Below, in pieces: positions 54,428-64,000 of a stretch of DNA of 64,000 bases (position 1 is the first letter of the stretch; each line of letters opens with the position of its first letter). The stretch is from Vulcanimicrobiota bacterium (GTDB taxonomy: Bacteria; Vulcanimicrobiota; Xenobia; Xenobiales; JADMJV01). The notes under the pieces were generated by a model. That model had not been told where the DNA came from. It saw only the letters and a list, made by a program, of their open reading frames with translations, and did no database searches. The DNA is taken from the NCBI GenBank assembly GCA_050250895.1, contig JBFWNU010000003.1, forward strand, positions 192,001 through 256,000, given 5' to 3'. A program made the position numbers and the translations under genes.

Positions 54428-55810
54428 CTACGCCTGAGCCGAGACGGCGTCGAACTGCTGGCCGTTTTTCTCGGCCGTCTGGCGGATGAAGCTGGTAATG
54501 TGGGGGGCCACCTCCCGGCGCCACTTGCTGCCCGAGAAGATGCCGTAGTGGCCGGCCCCCTCCTGCAAATAGTGCTGATGCTGGTCGGGGGCCAGACCGC
54601 TGCAGAGCTGGTGGGCGGCGGTGGTCTGGCCGGGAGGCGAGATGTCGTCGCGCTCGCCTTCGACGGTGAGCAGGGCCGTCTTTCTGATGGCCGCGGGGTC
54701 GACCGGGGCGCCGAAGTGGGTCATCTGGCCTTTGGCTAGATCCTGGTCCTGAAAGACCTCTTGCACGGTCTCGAGATAGAAGCGGGCCGGCAGGTCGAGG
54801 ACGGCCAGGTATTCGTCGTAGAACTCTTCGGTCTTCTGGGCTCGGGCTTCGTTGCCGGTGGCCAGGTCTTTCCACAACTCGGCGTGCGAGCTGAGGTGGC
54901 GCGACGGGTTCATGCTCATGAACGCCGCTAGTTGCATAAAGCCCGGGTAGACTTTGCGGCCGGCCCCGGCATAGCCGCCGGGGACGACTCCGATCAGGTT
55001 CTGCTCGAAGAACTCGATGGGCTTGGATTGGGCGAATTCGGTCACTTCGCTGGCGGCGGCGCGGCTGTCGACGGGGCCCCCCATCAAGGTCAGGCTGGCC
55101 GGCTGGTGGGGAGAGTTCTCCTGGGCCAGGCGGGCCACCGCCGCCAGGGTGGGCACGGTGGGCTGGCAAACGGCCAGGACGTTGGCTCCCGGGCCCAGGT
55201 CGCCGATAAACTCCTTGACATAACTGATATAGTCGTCGACTCCGAAGTCGCCTTCGGCCAGGGGAACGTCCCGGGCATTCTTCCAGTCGGTGATGTAGAC
55301 ATCGTGATTGGGAAGCAGCTCTTCGACGGTCGAACGCAAGAGAGTTGCGTAGTGACCGGAGAGAGGAGCCACCAACAGCAGCTTGGGGTCGTTTCGCTGG
55401 GTGTCACGCTGGAAATGGAGCAAGCGTCCGAAGGCTTTGTCAGTAACGACCTCTTCGCGCACGGCCACGGTCTCGCCCCCGATGGTGGTCTGCTCGAGGC
55501 CGAAGCTCGGCTTGTCGTAGTCTTTGGCGACGCGATCGCAGAGCTGGCGCGAGGCGTCGAGCATGGCCGTGCCGGGAAAGCCCCAGAAGGAGGCCACGGC
55601 CGATTGCATCGAGAGGCCGGCCGCCAGGCTCGAGAACCACATTTTCTGGCCCAGTCGTCCGGCTTCGTGAGCTTGATAAAGCCAGGGATTGCAGCCGCTG
55701 TTGGCCTGGCTGAAGCGGTCGGATTCGGGCGCGGCCTGAGCCGGACCCTGCGAGGCACGGGCTATCCGGGGCGGCGTATAGGTTTTGCTCACGAGTGGAC
55801 GGATCATCAT
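54428..55810 (-). CDS. phaZ: Polyhydroxyalkanoate depolymerase, intracellular type
   Basis: VAPLSGHYATLLR, DVYITDW, AVCQP, RKVYPGFMQL, TVEGERDDIS, GHYGIFSG. Start ATG 55810 after GAGGAG. Confidence 0.9.
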   Translation of the reverse strand: MMIRPLVSKTYTPPRIARASQGPAQAAPESDRFSQANSGCNPWLYQAHEAGRLGQKMWFSSLAAGLSMQSAVASFWGFPGTAMLDASRQLCDRVAKDYDKPSFGLEQTTIGGETVAVREEVVTDKAFGRLLHFQRDTQRNDPKLLLVAPLSGHYATLLRSTVEELLPNHDVYITDWKNARDVPLAEGDFGVDDYISYVKEFIGDLGPGANVLAVCQPTVPTLAAVARLAQENSPHQPASLTLMGGPVDSRAAASEVTEFAQSKPIEFFEQNLIGVVPGGYAGAGRKVYPGFMQLAAFMSMNPSRHLSSHAELWKDLATGNEARAQKTEEFYDEYLAVLDLPARFYLETVQEVFQDQDLAKGQMTHFGAPVDPAAIRKTALLTVEGERDDISPPGQTTAAHQLCSGLAPDQHQHYLQEGAGHYGIFSGSKWRREVAPHITSFIRQTAEKNGQQFDAVSAQA

Positions 55811-55900
55811 TCTCTCCTCGTGAGGTGAGCGTTGGAACCTCTCCCAGTGTGTCAGAACGGCCTGAAAGGAAGCTGAAGGCGCCGGTCGAACGCCGCTCGG

Positions 55901-57301
55901 ATGCACGAAGCGGTGGAAGGACTGTTCGTCCAGGGCGCCCTGGCCGAGGTGTGGGACCACTGCCGGCAGGAGAACATCGAACTGGCTTTGGTGGGGGGGG
56001 CGGTGCGAGACCGCCTGTTGGGCACCCCTACCAAGGATCTCGACCTGGTAGTCGAGCGCGATGCGTTTGCTCTGGCTAAACGCTTTGCCGATCAGCTTGG
56101 GGCGACCTTCGTACCGCTCGATCCCGAGCGCGAAATCGCCAGGCTGGCCCTAAAGGATGGCACCTGGCTTGACTTTGCCCTGCTGGTGGGCGACCGGCTC
56201 GAAGACGACCTGGCTAATCGCGATTTCACCATCAACGCCATGGCCATCCACCCGGACCGGGGCCTGGTCGACCCTCTAGGCGGGGCCGCCGATTTGGAGG
56301 AGGGGAGGCTGCGCTTGTGCGGCCCTGACACCCTGGTCAACGATCCGCTGCGCTGTTTGCGGGCGATTCGCATGCTGGCCCGCTATCCGTTCGAGCCGGC
56401 CGAAGGGCTGCTCGACGAGGTGCGGCGCGCCGTTCCCTGGCTTTCGCGGGTGAGCAGGGAGCGGGTGCGAGACGAGCTGTTCTTCATTCTCGAGGCCGGC
56501 GTCTCGCGGGTGCTCGACGCGATGGAGTATACGAATCTGTTGCTCTGGCTGTTCCCCGAGCTGGAAGACTGCCAGGGTTGCGAGCAGAACCACTTTCACC
56601 ATCTCGACGTTTTGGACCATACCCTGCTGGTGGTGCGTCATCTCGAGGCTCTCTCGAGCGAGGGTCTCGAGCTGCGGGTGGGTGAGCATCTAGCCAGGAG
56701 ACTGGTGCCTAACCGCTCGCGCTTCGCTTTGCTGAAGTTCTGTGCGTTCTTGCATGACCTGGGCAAACCGGCCACCCGATCGGTGGGCCACTCGGGGCGC
56801 ATCCATTTTCGCGGCCACGACCTGGTGGGAGCCGAGATGGCTGCGCAAGTGGCCGAGCGCTTCATGCTCAGTCGCCAGGAGATCCGCTACGTCGAGAAGC
56901 TGGTGCGCTTGCATCTCAAGCCGGTGGTCATGCCGGCTCGCGGGGCTGACGACCGCCAGTTGCACCGCTTCTTCCGCGAGGCCGGGGAAATGGCTCCCGA
57001 CCTGCTGGTGCATTCGCGCGCCGACGTGCTGGCCACCCGCGGGCCGGCCCAGTCCGACTGGCTGCTCGAGAGCCATCGCCTGTTCATGGAGTTGATGCTC
57101 GACGATTTCTTCGCGCAGGGTCCGTTGAGCGCTCCTCCGATGCCCTTGACCGGTGACGACCTGCTGGGACTGGGCTTAAAGCCTGGCTCCTGGATCGGCG
57201 CCCTGCTGGCGCAACTGCGAGAAGACGCGGTCGAGCACGATCTGTCTGACCGCGAGACCGCTTTGGCCTGGGCTCGACGGCTGGCTGAAAAGCTGTTGTG
57301 A
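55901..57301 (+). CDS. CCA-adding/poly(A) polymerase family nucleotidyltransferase with HD domain
   Basis: LVGGAVRD..DLDL, RDFTINAMA, DPLRCLRAIR, VSRERV, FLHDLGK. Confidence 0.88.
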   Translation: MHEAVEGLFVQGALAEVWDHCRQENIELALVGGAVRDRLLGTPTKDLDLVVERDAFALAKRFADQLGATFVPLDPEREIARLALKDGTWLDFALLVGDRLEDDLANRDFTINAMAIHPDRGLVDPLGGAADLEEGRLRLCGPDTLVNDPLRCLRAIRMLARYPFEPAEGLLDEVRRAVPWLSRVSRERVRDELFFILEAGVSRVLDAMEYTNLLLWLFPELEDCQGCEQNHFHHLDVLDHTLLVVRHLEALSSEGLELRVGEHLARRLVPNRSRFALLKFCAFLHDLGKPATRSVGHSGRIHFRGHDLVGAEMAAQVAERFMLSRQEIRYVEKLVRLHLKPVVMPARGADDRQLHRFFREAGEMAPDLLVHSRADVLATRGPAQSDWLLESHRLFMELMLDDFFAQGPLSAPPMPLTGDDLLGLGLKPGSWIGALLAQLREDAVEHDLSDRETALAWARRLAEKLL

Positions 57302-57348
57302 CGGTCGGCATCGTCGCCAGGGCCGCCGCGAGTCGACACTGGGAGTGC

Positions 57349-59253
57349 CTAGCTGCGGTCGGCTAGCTCGAGATAGCCCTCGCCTTTGCCCTGCAGGGCT
57401 TGACCGGCTTCGATCATCTCCTGGCCCCCGCGGATGAGGCGATTGGCCTCTTGCTCGAGGAATTGAGCCTGCTGCTTGGCCTGATCGGCGGCGGCGCCCT
57501 GGTTGGCCGCTTCTTCGATGGCGGTGCGGGCCCGCAGCAGCATCTTCTGGCCGCGGTTCTGCTGGCGCAGGCCTTCCATCTCCATTTGACGGCCCCGGTT
57601 GAAGTCGACCAGTCCCTGGCCCACCCTGGCCACGCCCTGGCCGGCCACCTGAAAGCCGTTCTCGAGCCATTCGATGCCTTTGGCTTCTTGCTGATGGGCG
57701 CGGTGCTCGCGCTCCCGGGCCTGATCGAACTTGGCCAGGTTCTCGCGTTGGCCCTGGTGGATGGCGTCTTCGGCCAGAAAAGCTTCTTGCAGCTGGTCCA
57801 GGCTGCCCTGCTGGTGGCGGCCGGCCCGGTCTTCGCGCCCGCGGGCCCGGTCGAACGCGCCCAGGGCCCCGGTCTCGAGCTCGCGGCCTTCGGCCTCTTG
57901 GCTAAATCCCGACCCGATGGTGGTCTGGCCCGCTTGAATCAGCTGGGTGCCCGAGGCCACTAGCGGCAGGCCGGTCTGCTGGTGCTGCTGAGCCTGGGCC
58001 TGGGCGCGGGCGGCCAACTGGCCGTTGTGCTCGGCTTGTTCGCCGTGTTGGGCCGAGCGCGTGCGCTCGGAGCGGGCTAGCTCGGATTGGCGCGAGGCCT
58101 CGCCCGAAAGCTCGGCGGCCCGGGCCCGCAGCTGCTCGGCTTGAGCCCGCTTGGACTCGGCTTCGTCGCGCACGCGGAGGTGTTCGGCGAAGGTCTCTTT
58201 CGATTGCTCGCGTAACCCGTTGCCGTAGGCGACTTCACGGTGGCCCATCTGCTCGAGCTGTTGGCCCGTGCAGAAGTGGAAGGGGCAGGTCTGCATGTGG
58301 CGGCCCCAGCAGATGTCGGTGTGGCCCTTTTGAATCCAGTAGTTGCCCTGGCGGTCCTGCTGCTGCGAGTCGGCCAGGAGCTGGGCGGCCTGCTGGGTGA
58401 GCGGACCCACCTGGCCGTCGAGTTCGCGAGCTGCCTGTTCGAGCATCGAAGCCCGGGCGCGAGCGGCCATCGCCTGCAGGTCGCGCACGCCGGCCGAGGC
58501 CGACAGACGCACCGAGTTCAGCTGATGGCGGGTGGCCAATTGCGAGAACTCCTGGGCCGAAGCGGCCGAGAGGGCGGCCTGGTCGAGGTGCTGGGTGCCT
58601 TCGCCCACCTGGACCTGCCCCTGACCTAGTTGCTGGCGTCCCTGGTCTTTAAGGCTCGAGGCTTCGCTTTCGAGGGCGCGCCCGCGACCATAGTCGGCCA
58701 TGGCCTGGTGCTGAGCCTGCTCTGCTCGGCCTTCGATATTGAGGGCGCGCTCGAGATTCTGGCGAGCCCGGTCTTTGTTGGCCTCGATGGAGCCTTCTTG
58801 TTGGCTGGCCTGCTGATAGCGCTCGAGCTGCTTTTGCTGGCGCGCTTCGGCAGCTTGGCCCTGGGCCAGGCCGCGCGCCACCTGACGAGCGCCTTTGCCT
58901 TTGAGGTCGAGTCCCAGGCGCTGCTGGTCATAGCCGGCCTTGATGGTGTCGAGGCCGTCGCCGGCCTGGCCGAAGCCGCGCTCGAAAAGCTCGCGACCTT
59001 CGCGCAGGTGGCTGCTGCCACGGCGCTCTTTGGCCCTGGCTTTCGAGAGGTCTTGTTGGGCCTGGGCTTTGTCGGCGTCGGCCTGATGGCTTTGCTCGGC
59101 CGCTTGCTCGGCCTTTTCTGAACCGGTGGCCTGTTGCTGGCGCCCCTGCTCTTGCAGAGCCTGGCCGCGCTCGAGTTCGCGCTGGCCTTGCTCACGCAGA
59201 CGGCTGCGCAGACGCTCGACGGGACCCATATTTGTTTGACCCAGTGTGACCAT
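57349..59253 (-). CDS. Long Q/A/R-rich Gly-heptad helical protein (paralogue B)
   Basis: 634 aa; both termini align with 30292..32157; central Cys/His-containing segment. Confidence 0.78.
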   Translation of the reverse strand: MVTLGQTNMGPVERLRSRLREQGQRELERGQALQEQGRQQQATGSEKAEQAAEQSHQADADKAQAQQDLSKARAKERRGSSHLREGRELFERGFGQAGDGLDTIKAGYDQQRLGLDLKGKGARQVARGLAQGQAAEARQQKQLERYQQASQQEGSIEANKDRARQNLERALNIEGRAEQAQHQAMADYGRGRALESEASSLKDQGRQQLGQGQVQVGEGTQHLDQAALSAASAQEFSQLATRHQLNSVRLSASAGVRDLQAMAARARASMLEQAARELDGQVGPLTQQAAQLLADSQQQDRQGNYWIQKGHTDICWGRHMQTCPFHFCTGQQLEQMGHREVAYGNGLREQSKETFAEHLRVRDEAESKRAQAEQLRARAAELSGEASRQSELARSERTRSAQHGEQAEHNGQLAARAQAQAQQHQQTGLPLVASGTQLIQAGQTTIGSGFSQEAEGRELETGALGAFDRARGREDRAGRHQQGSLDQLQEAFLAEDAIHQGQRENLAKFDQAREREHRAHQQEAKGIEWLENGFQVAGQGVARVGQGLVDFNRGRQMEMEGLRQQNRGQKMLLRARTAIEEAANQGAAADQAKQQAQFLEQEANRLIRGGQEMIEAGQALQGKGEGYLELADRS

Positions 59254-59376
59254 GACAGATCGTATCAGGCTTAGATTAGCATCCCCGGCCGGCCAGGACT
59301 TTGCGTTTTTGTTACAAGGGCGAGCGAGAACGAACTTCCGCTAGGAGCGCCCGCGGGCGGGGCGAAAGAGGGGGCC

Positions 59377-60501
59377 ATGTGTCGATTGGTGCTGCTATTG
59401 CTGCTGTTGAGCCAGATAGTGCTGGCCGACGAGGCCGACAACCCCGACATTCGCGTGGCTCTGCTAGCCGAGGTGCCCCAGGCCACTCTCATCGGTCGGG
59501 GCGGGCTGACGGTCAAGTCGACCAGCGCCCAGGTGCTGGCCAAACTGCCCGAGCGCGTGCAATTGAGCGCCAATTCCGGTCAGGTGAGCCTGGCCGGCAA
59601 GAAGGTTGGCCCCGAGGTGCTGGTGGTCCCGCGCCAGGGGGTGGTGGTGGTCGCCGACAAGCCTTACCGCGGCTACCTCAGGGTGGTGGCCAGTGGGGGT
59701 GGGCTGACGGTCATCAACGTGTTGCCCCTCGAGACCTACCTCAACAGCGTGCTGGGGGGCGAGGTCAACGCCAGCTGGCCAGCCGAGACGCTCAAGGCCT
59801 GTGCCGTGGCCTCACGGACTTATGCCTACTTCATGATGAGCCGCTCGCGCGACCGGGCCTTTGACGTGGTGGCCAGCGTCATGGACCAGGTCTATCCCGG
59901 GGTGGGGGGCGAGGCACCCTCCATCAGCGTCGCCGTGGCCGCCACCCGGGGACGCATTCTGGCCAACGGCAGGGGCCAGGTGTTGAAATCCTACTTCAGC
60001 TCTTGTTGCGGAGGACACACGGCCGATTCGGCCACCGTTTTCGGCGAGAAGGTACCCCATCTCAAGGGAGTCGAGGATCCGTTCTGCCTGGGCGCCCCCA
60101 ACTCGACCTGGACCGAAATCTTCTCGGTGGAGGACATCCGCCAGGCGCTGGCGCGAGTGGGTAAGAAACTCGACCGCATCACCAGCCTCAAGGTCGAGGC
60201 CTACGACGAATCGGGTCGTATCAAGACGCTGGTGGCCCAGGATGCCAGGGGTGGCAAGGGCGTGCTCAAAGGCAGCGAGTTGCGCAAGCTGCTGGGCTTT
60301 ACCCGCCTCAAAGGCACCCGCTGCCAGGTCGAAGCCGTGGGCGATCCGCCCCAGAGCGTGCGCTTTCAAGGGGGCGGCTTTGGCCACGGAGTCGGCATGT
60401 GCCAGTGGGGAGCCCACGAGATGGGAGTCCAGGGTTTTAGCTATAAAGAGATTCTGGGCCACTACTACGTCGGGGCCTACCTCAAGAAGCTGGGGACTTA
60501 G
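59377..60501 (+). CDS. SpoIID/LytB domain lytic transglycosylase-like protein
   Basis: INVLPLETYL..V..GE, ETLKACAVASRTYA, QVYPG, SSCCGGHT, GFGHGVGMCQWGA. Confidence 0.9.
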   Translation: MCRLVLLLLLLSQIVLADEADNPDIRVALLAEVPQATLIGRGGLTVKSTSAQVLAKLPERVQLSANSGQVSLAGKKVGPEVLVVPRQGVVVVADKPYRGYLRVVASGGGLTVINVLPLETYLNSVLGGEVNASWPAETLKACAVASRTYAYFMMSRSRDRAFDVVASVMDQVYPGVGGEAPSISVAVAATRGRILANGRGQVLKSYFSSCCGGHTADSATVFGEKVPHLKGVEDPFCLGAPNSTWTEIFSVEDIRQALARVGKKLDRITSLKVEAYDESGRIKTLVAQDARGGKGVLKGSELRKLLGFTRLKGTRCQVEAVGDPPQSVRFQGGGFGHGVGMCQWGAHEMGVQGFSYKEILGHYYVGAYLKKLGT

Positions 60502-61577
60502 AACGATTCGGCCATGGCCGGTAGGGTCGAGGCCCAGAGTGCTTCTCCGAGACCGAGTCGGCGCGGGGTGAGGTAGCCTGAATAGAGGGCCGCCAGTTGA
60601 CCGATAGAAAGCGGGTGTTGGCCACTGCCGCCGGGCTCGAGCCGGCCCACTCCGTCTTCGATACTCAGCCGGTAAGGTCCGGCGTTCTCTTCGAAGATCG
60701 AATCGCTCAGCCGCAGCTCGGCCTCGAGCCTGGCCTGGACGGGGAAGGGGCGGGCGGCGAAGGCGGCCACCGGGTCGACCAGGCGCAACATCCAGGTGTG
60801 GGGGATCGAGATGGCGCAAGATTGCTCGGGCAGAGCGTCGACGATAGGGTCGGGCAGACCGCCCCACCAGCGCAGGTTGCGCCCCAGCGAGCGATGGTTG
60901 CCGAGAAAGGCGATGAGGGCGTCGCGGGCGGTGTCGGTGTGAACGGCGTAATCGTGCAGGGTGAGATCGTGGTAGCCCTCGCTGAGAGCGGTCTGGCTGA
61001 CCAGGAAATAGCCGGTGGGCTGGTCTTCCACGATGAGATAGGCCCGCGGTCGAGGGCCTCGGTGGGGCTCGAGCAACCGGCTCCACATTTGCTGGCCGCG
61101 CACCAGGTAGCCGTCGCGCTGGCTAGCCCAGCGGTCATACAGCGGCGCCAGTGCGGCGGGTCCGGCCAGCTCGAGGCTGGCTTTAGCTCGCGGGGTCGGA
61201 AGGCTGGCCAGGGGCAGCTCGAACTGATAGCGCACTCCGGCCCGCTCGTAGCCGGCTTTGCGATAGACCGGCTCGGTGGCGGGATAAAGGGTCGACAGGC
61301 TCAGGCCGCGGTCGCGTTCCTTGCGCAACATCTGGGCCAGCAGCCGGGAGGCCAGGCCCCGGCCCCGATGTTGGGGGGCGATAGCCACCCCGGCCACTCC
61401 CCCGCCGGCTACGGCCCCCCCGCGCCACCAGTGGCCTGTCTCGAACACTCCCAGCAAGCCCTGGTCGTCGACATAGTGAAGCCCGTCGGGCCCGAGCAGG
61501 GCCAACCACTCGAGGGCCCCCTCGACCGGCATGGCAAAGGCAAGAGAGAGAATTTCGGCGGCCTGGGCGCGGTGCAT
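60498..61577 (-). CDS. Eis-like GNAT acetyltransferase
   Basis: VAGVAIAPQHRGRGLA, STLYPATEPVYRKAGY, WMLRLVD, SCP2-like tail. Confidence 0.88.
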   Translation of the reverse strand: MHRAQAAEILSLAFAMPVEGALEWLALLGPDGLHYVDDQGLLGVFETGHWWRGGAVAGGGVAGVAIAPQHRGRGLASRLLAQMLRKERDRGLSLSTLYPATEPVYRKAGYERAGVRYQFELPLASLPTPRAKASLELAGPAALAPLYDRWASQRDGYLVRGQQMWSRLLEPHRGPRPRAYLIVEDQPTGYFLVSQTALSEGYHDLTLHDYAVHTDTARDALIAFLGNHRSLGRNLRWWGGLPDPIVDALPEQSCAISIPHTWMLRLVDPVAAFAARPFPVQARLEAELRLSDSIFEENAGPYRLSIEDGVGRLEPGGSGQHPLSIGQLAALYSGYLTPRRLGLGEALWASTLPAMAESF

Positions 61578-61638
61578 GGGCGCAGCTTTCCTCCTCGGGC
61601 CGGAAGGCCCCTACCTCAGGGCATGCGAAGAGGCGCCC

Positions 61639-61842
61639 ATGGAAGTCAAGTGGGATGTCCACAACGGACGTACGATTCTCAACGGACAGTCGGGCAACTA
61701 TGTGTGCCCGCACGAGGTGCCCATCGGCAACGACATGGGCATCATCTATCGCATCTATGTTCAGGGCCAGTCGCGCGAGACGCGCAAGACCGAAGAGGTG
61801 GCCAAGAAGCGCCTAGTCGAGCTGGTAGAGCGACTGGGCTAG
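61639..61842 (+). CDS. Small hypothetical protein
   Basis: GAGG before ATG 61639; 67 aa with typical codon usage. Confidence 0.55.
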   Translation: MEVKWDVHNGRTILNGQSGNYVCPHEVPIGNDMGIIYRIYVQGQSRETRKTEEVAKKRLVELVERLG

Positions 61843-63705
61843 GGCCACCACCGCTTCGGCCGTAAAGCCGTAGTCGCGCATCAACTCTTCGCCCCGCCCC
61901 GAGGCGCCGAAGCGCTCGAGCGAGAGCACGGCCCCGCGGCCGCCGACTAACTCATGCCAGCCCAGGCGCGAGGCCGCCTCGACGGCTATCCGCAGGGGCG
62001 GTCCCAGCACCTGGTCGCGATAGCTCTGGGGCTGGGCGAAGAAGAGCTCCCAACAGGGCAGGCTGACCACCTGAGTGGGTACACCCGCTTGTTCGAGGGC
62101 CTGGCGGGCCTCGAGACACAGGTGAACCTCGGAGCCGCTGGCCAACAGGCACACCGCCGGCTGGCTAGAGGCCTCGCTGACCACATAACCACCCCGAGCA
62201 AGTTGCGGCGCGACGCCGAGGCCGGGAAGGGTCTGGCGACTGAGCACCAGCACGCTGGGGCCGGTCTGGTGCGCCAGAGCCTGAGACCACGCCTGCGTTG
62301 TCTCGTTGCCATCGGCGGGGCGGATCACCTGGCAATTTGGCAAGGCCCGCAGGGCGGCCAATTGCTCTACCGGCTGGTGAGTGGGTCCGTCCTCACCCAG
62401 GGCCAGGCTGTCGTGACTGAATACGAAGAGGCTGGGCAGCCCGGCCAGGGCGGCCAGGCGAATGGCCGGCTTCATGTAGTCGGAGAAGGCGAAATAGGTC
62501 GAGCAAAAGGCGCGCAGCCCCCCGTGGGCCACCAGACCGTTGGTGATGGCCGCCATGGCCTGCTCGCGCACTCCAAAGCGCAGATTGCGGCCGCTGCGGT
62601 TGGTGCGGCTAAAGTCGCCGTGACCGGTCAGATAAGTGTTGGTCGAGCCGGCCAGGTCGGCTGAGCCTCCCACCAGGTTGGGACAGACCTCGGCCAACCA
62701 CTGCAAGACCTGGCCCGAGGCCACCCGGGTGGCGATGGGCTGCTCGAAGTGGGGGCCGGCCTCGGGTAGTCGATCGTAGGATGCCCAGGGCTGCCAGTGG
62801 CGATAAAGATCCTGGCCCACCCGCCTTTGCTCGACGGCCAGTTCGGCTAGAGCCGCCGCGATCTCGAAGCTCTGATCGGGGTCCAGGCCCAGCACTTCTT
62901 TGGTGGCCCGGATCTCGGCCGAGCTAAAGGGCGGGCTGTGAGCTTCGGGCCGCCCCTGCATGCCCGGCGACGGAAAGCCGATGGTGGTGCGGACCCGGAT
63001 CAGGCTGGGACGGCGATCGCGTTGGGCCAGACCGACCGCCTTCTCGAGCCCGGCCAGGTCTTCGCCGTCGGCCTCGAGCACGTGCCAGCCGTAGGCCTGA
63101 TAGCGCAGAGTCACGTCTTCGGAAAAGCACAGTTCGAGCGGACCGTCGATGGTGACCTGGTTCGAGTCGTAAAAGACGATGAGTTTGCCCAGACCGAGAT
63201 GACCGGCCAGCGAACTGGCTTCGGAGGTGATCCCCTCCATCAGGTCCCCGTCTGAGGCCAGCACATAAGTGTAGTGATCGACCCGCCGGCCGAAGCGAGC
63301 CGCCAGCATACATTCGGCGATGGCCATCCCCACGGCCGCAGCCAGACCCTGGCCCAGCGGCCCGGTCGAGAAGTCGACCCCGGGGGTGACCCAGCTCTCG
63401 GGATGACCGGGAGTCTTGCTGCCGGGCTGCCGAAATTGCTTGAGGTCCTCGAGGCTCAAGGCGTAGCCGGTCAGATGCAGCAGGCCATAGAGCAGCACAC
63501 AGGCGTGCCCGTTGGAGAGGACGAAACGGTCGCGGTCGGGCCAGTCGGGATGTTCGGGCGAATGCTTGAGCAAGCGCGAATAGAGCAGCCACCCCAACGG
63601 CGCGCAGGCCAGGGCCGTGCCCGAGTGCCCACTGTCGGCGCTGCGAGGCATATCCAGCGCCAGACCCCGCAGGGTGGCGATAGCCAGACGATCGAGTTCG
63701 GTCAT
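61813..63705 (-). CDS. tkt: Transketolase
   Basis: DRFVLSNGH, TPGHPE, TGPLGQG, DGDLMEG, FGVREQAM, GEDGPTHQP. Confidence 0.95.
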   Translation of the reverse strand: MTELDRLAIATLRGLALDMPRSADSGHSGTALACAPLGWLLYSRLLKHSPEHPDWPDRDRFVLSNGHACVLLYGLLHLTGYALSLEDLKQFRQPGSKTPGHPESWVTPGVDFSTGPLGQGLAAAVGMAIAECMLAARFGRRVDHYTYVLASDGDLMEGITSEASSLAGHLGLGKLIVFYDSNQVTIDGPLELCFSEDVTLRYQAYGWHVLEADGEDLAGLEKAVGLAQRDRRPSLIRVRTTIGFPSPGMQGRPEAHSPPFSSAEIRATKEVLGLDPDQSFEIAAALAELAVEQRRVGQDLYRHWQPWASYDRLPEAGPHFEQPIATRVASGQVLQWLAEVCPNLVGGSADLAGSTNTYLTGHGDFSRTNRSGRNLRFGVREQAMAAITNGLVAHGGLRAFCSTYFAFSDYMKPAIRLAALAGLPSLFVFSHDSLALGEDGPTHQPVEQLAALRALPNCQVIRPADGNETTQAWSQALAHQTGPSVLVLSRQTLPGLGVAPQLARGGYVVSEASSQPAVCLLASGSEVHLCLEARQALEQAGVPTQVVSLPCWELFFAQPQSYRDQVLGPPLRIAVEAASRLGWHELVGGRGAVLSLERFGASGRGEELMRDYGFTAEAVVALAQSLYQLD

Positions 63706-64000
63706 GCCAGCCTGGCTCGCACTTCCATCAAGGCAAAGCCCAACAGATTTTGGCCCCGCCAGCGAGCCGGCTCGGCTGCGTCGGGATGATCGGCCGGAAG
63801 ACCAATGCCCCAGATCCGATCGCGGGGGCTGGCCTCGACCAGGATGCGCTGGCCAGTGGCCATCAGAAATTGGGTCAGGTCGGGCTGACTCGAAAACTTG
63901 GCCAGATTGCCGCGCACCACGATGTCGAAACGGTGGGCCTGCCAGGTGGCCTCGTCGAATTCGGCCACCTGGGCTCCCAGGCTCTTGGCCCGATGAGGAT
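63702..64000 (-). CDS. NADAR (YbiA/DUF1768) family protein, start beyond the right edge
   Basis: LVEASPRDRIWGIG...WRGQNLLGFALMEVR. Confidence 0.88.
   Translation of the reverse strand, partial: PHRAKSLGAQVAEFDEATWQAHRFDIVVRGNLAKFSSQPDLTQFLMATGQRILVEASPRDRIWGIGLPADHPDAAEPARWRGQNLLGFALMEVRARLA

Overview
GC-rich bacterial chromosomal window; the taxon cannot be determined from sequence alone. Most genes are ordinary: spermidine-synthase/membrane fusion, ATP-grasp plus esterase, pilin/PilX-like operon, several two-component systems including a 2108-aa poly-HAMP kinase, QueA-like plus SDR, hmgA, CHAT-TPR protease, PHB depolymerase, CCA/HD enzyme, SpoIID, Eis-like GNAT, tkt and a partial NADAR gene. 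Three things stand out. (1) Two paralogous genes (23123..24445 and 39233..40444) encode an N-terminal helical, DUF222-like domain plus a C-terminal HNH domain. Each is accompanied by its own variant of a 16-bp palindrome, ACTTCC-GGCC-GGAAGT or ACTTCC-AGCT-GGAAGT, found both upstream of and inside the gene. For the second gene the site is amplified into a ~2.9-kb non-CRISPR array of about 22 mosaic 113-147-bp units. This is the best candidate for an undescribed system. (2) An apparently exact 5734-bp tandem duplication (3504..9237 = 9238..14971) has a blunt junction. (3) Two distant paralogous 620-635-aa Gly-heptad helical proteins share a short midpoint motif and may be giant helical hairpins. 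All function calls come from motif recognition by eye; no database searches were run.
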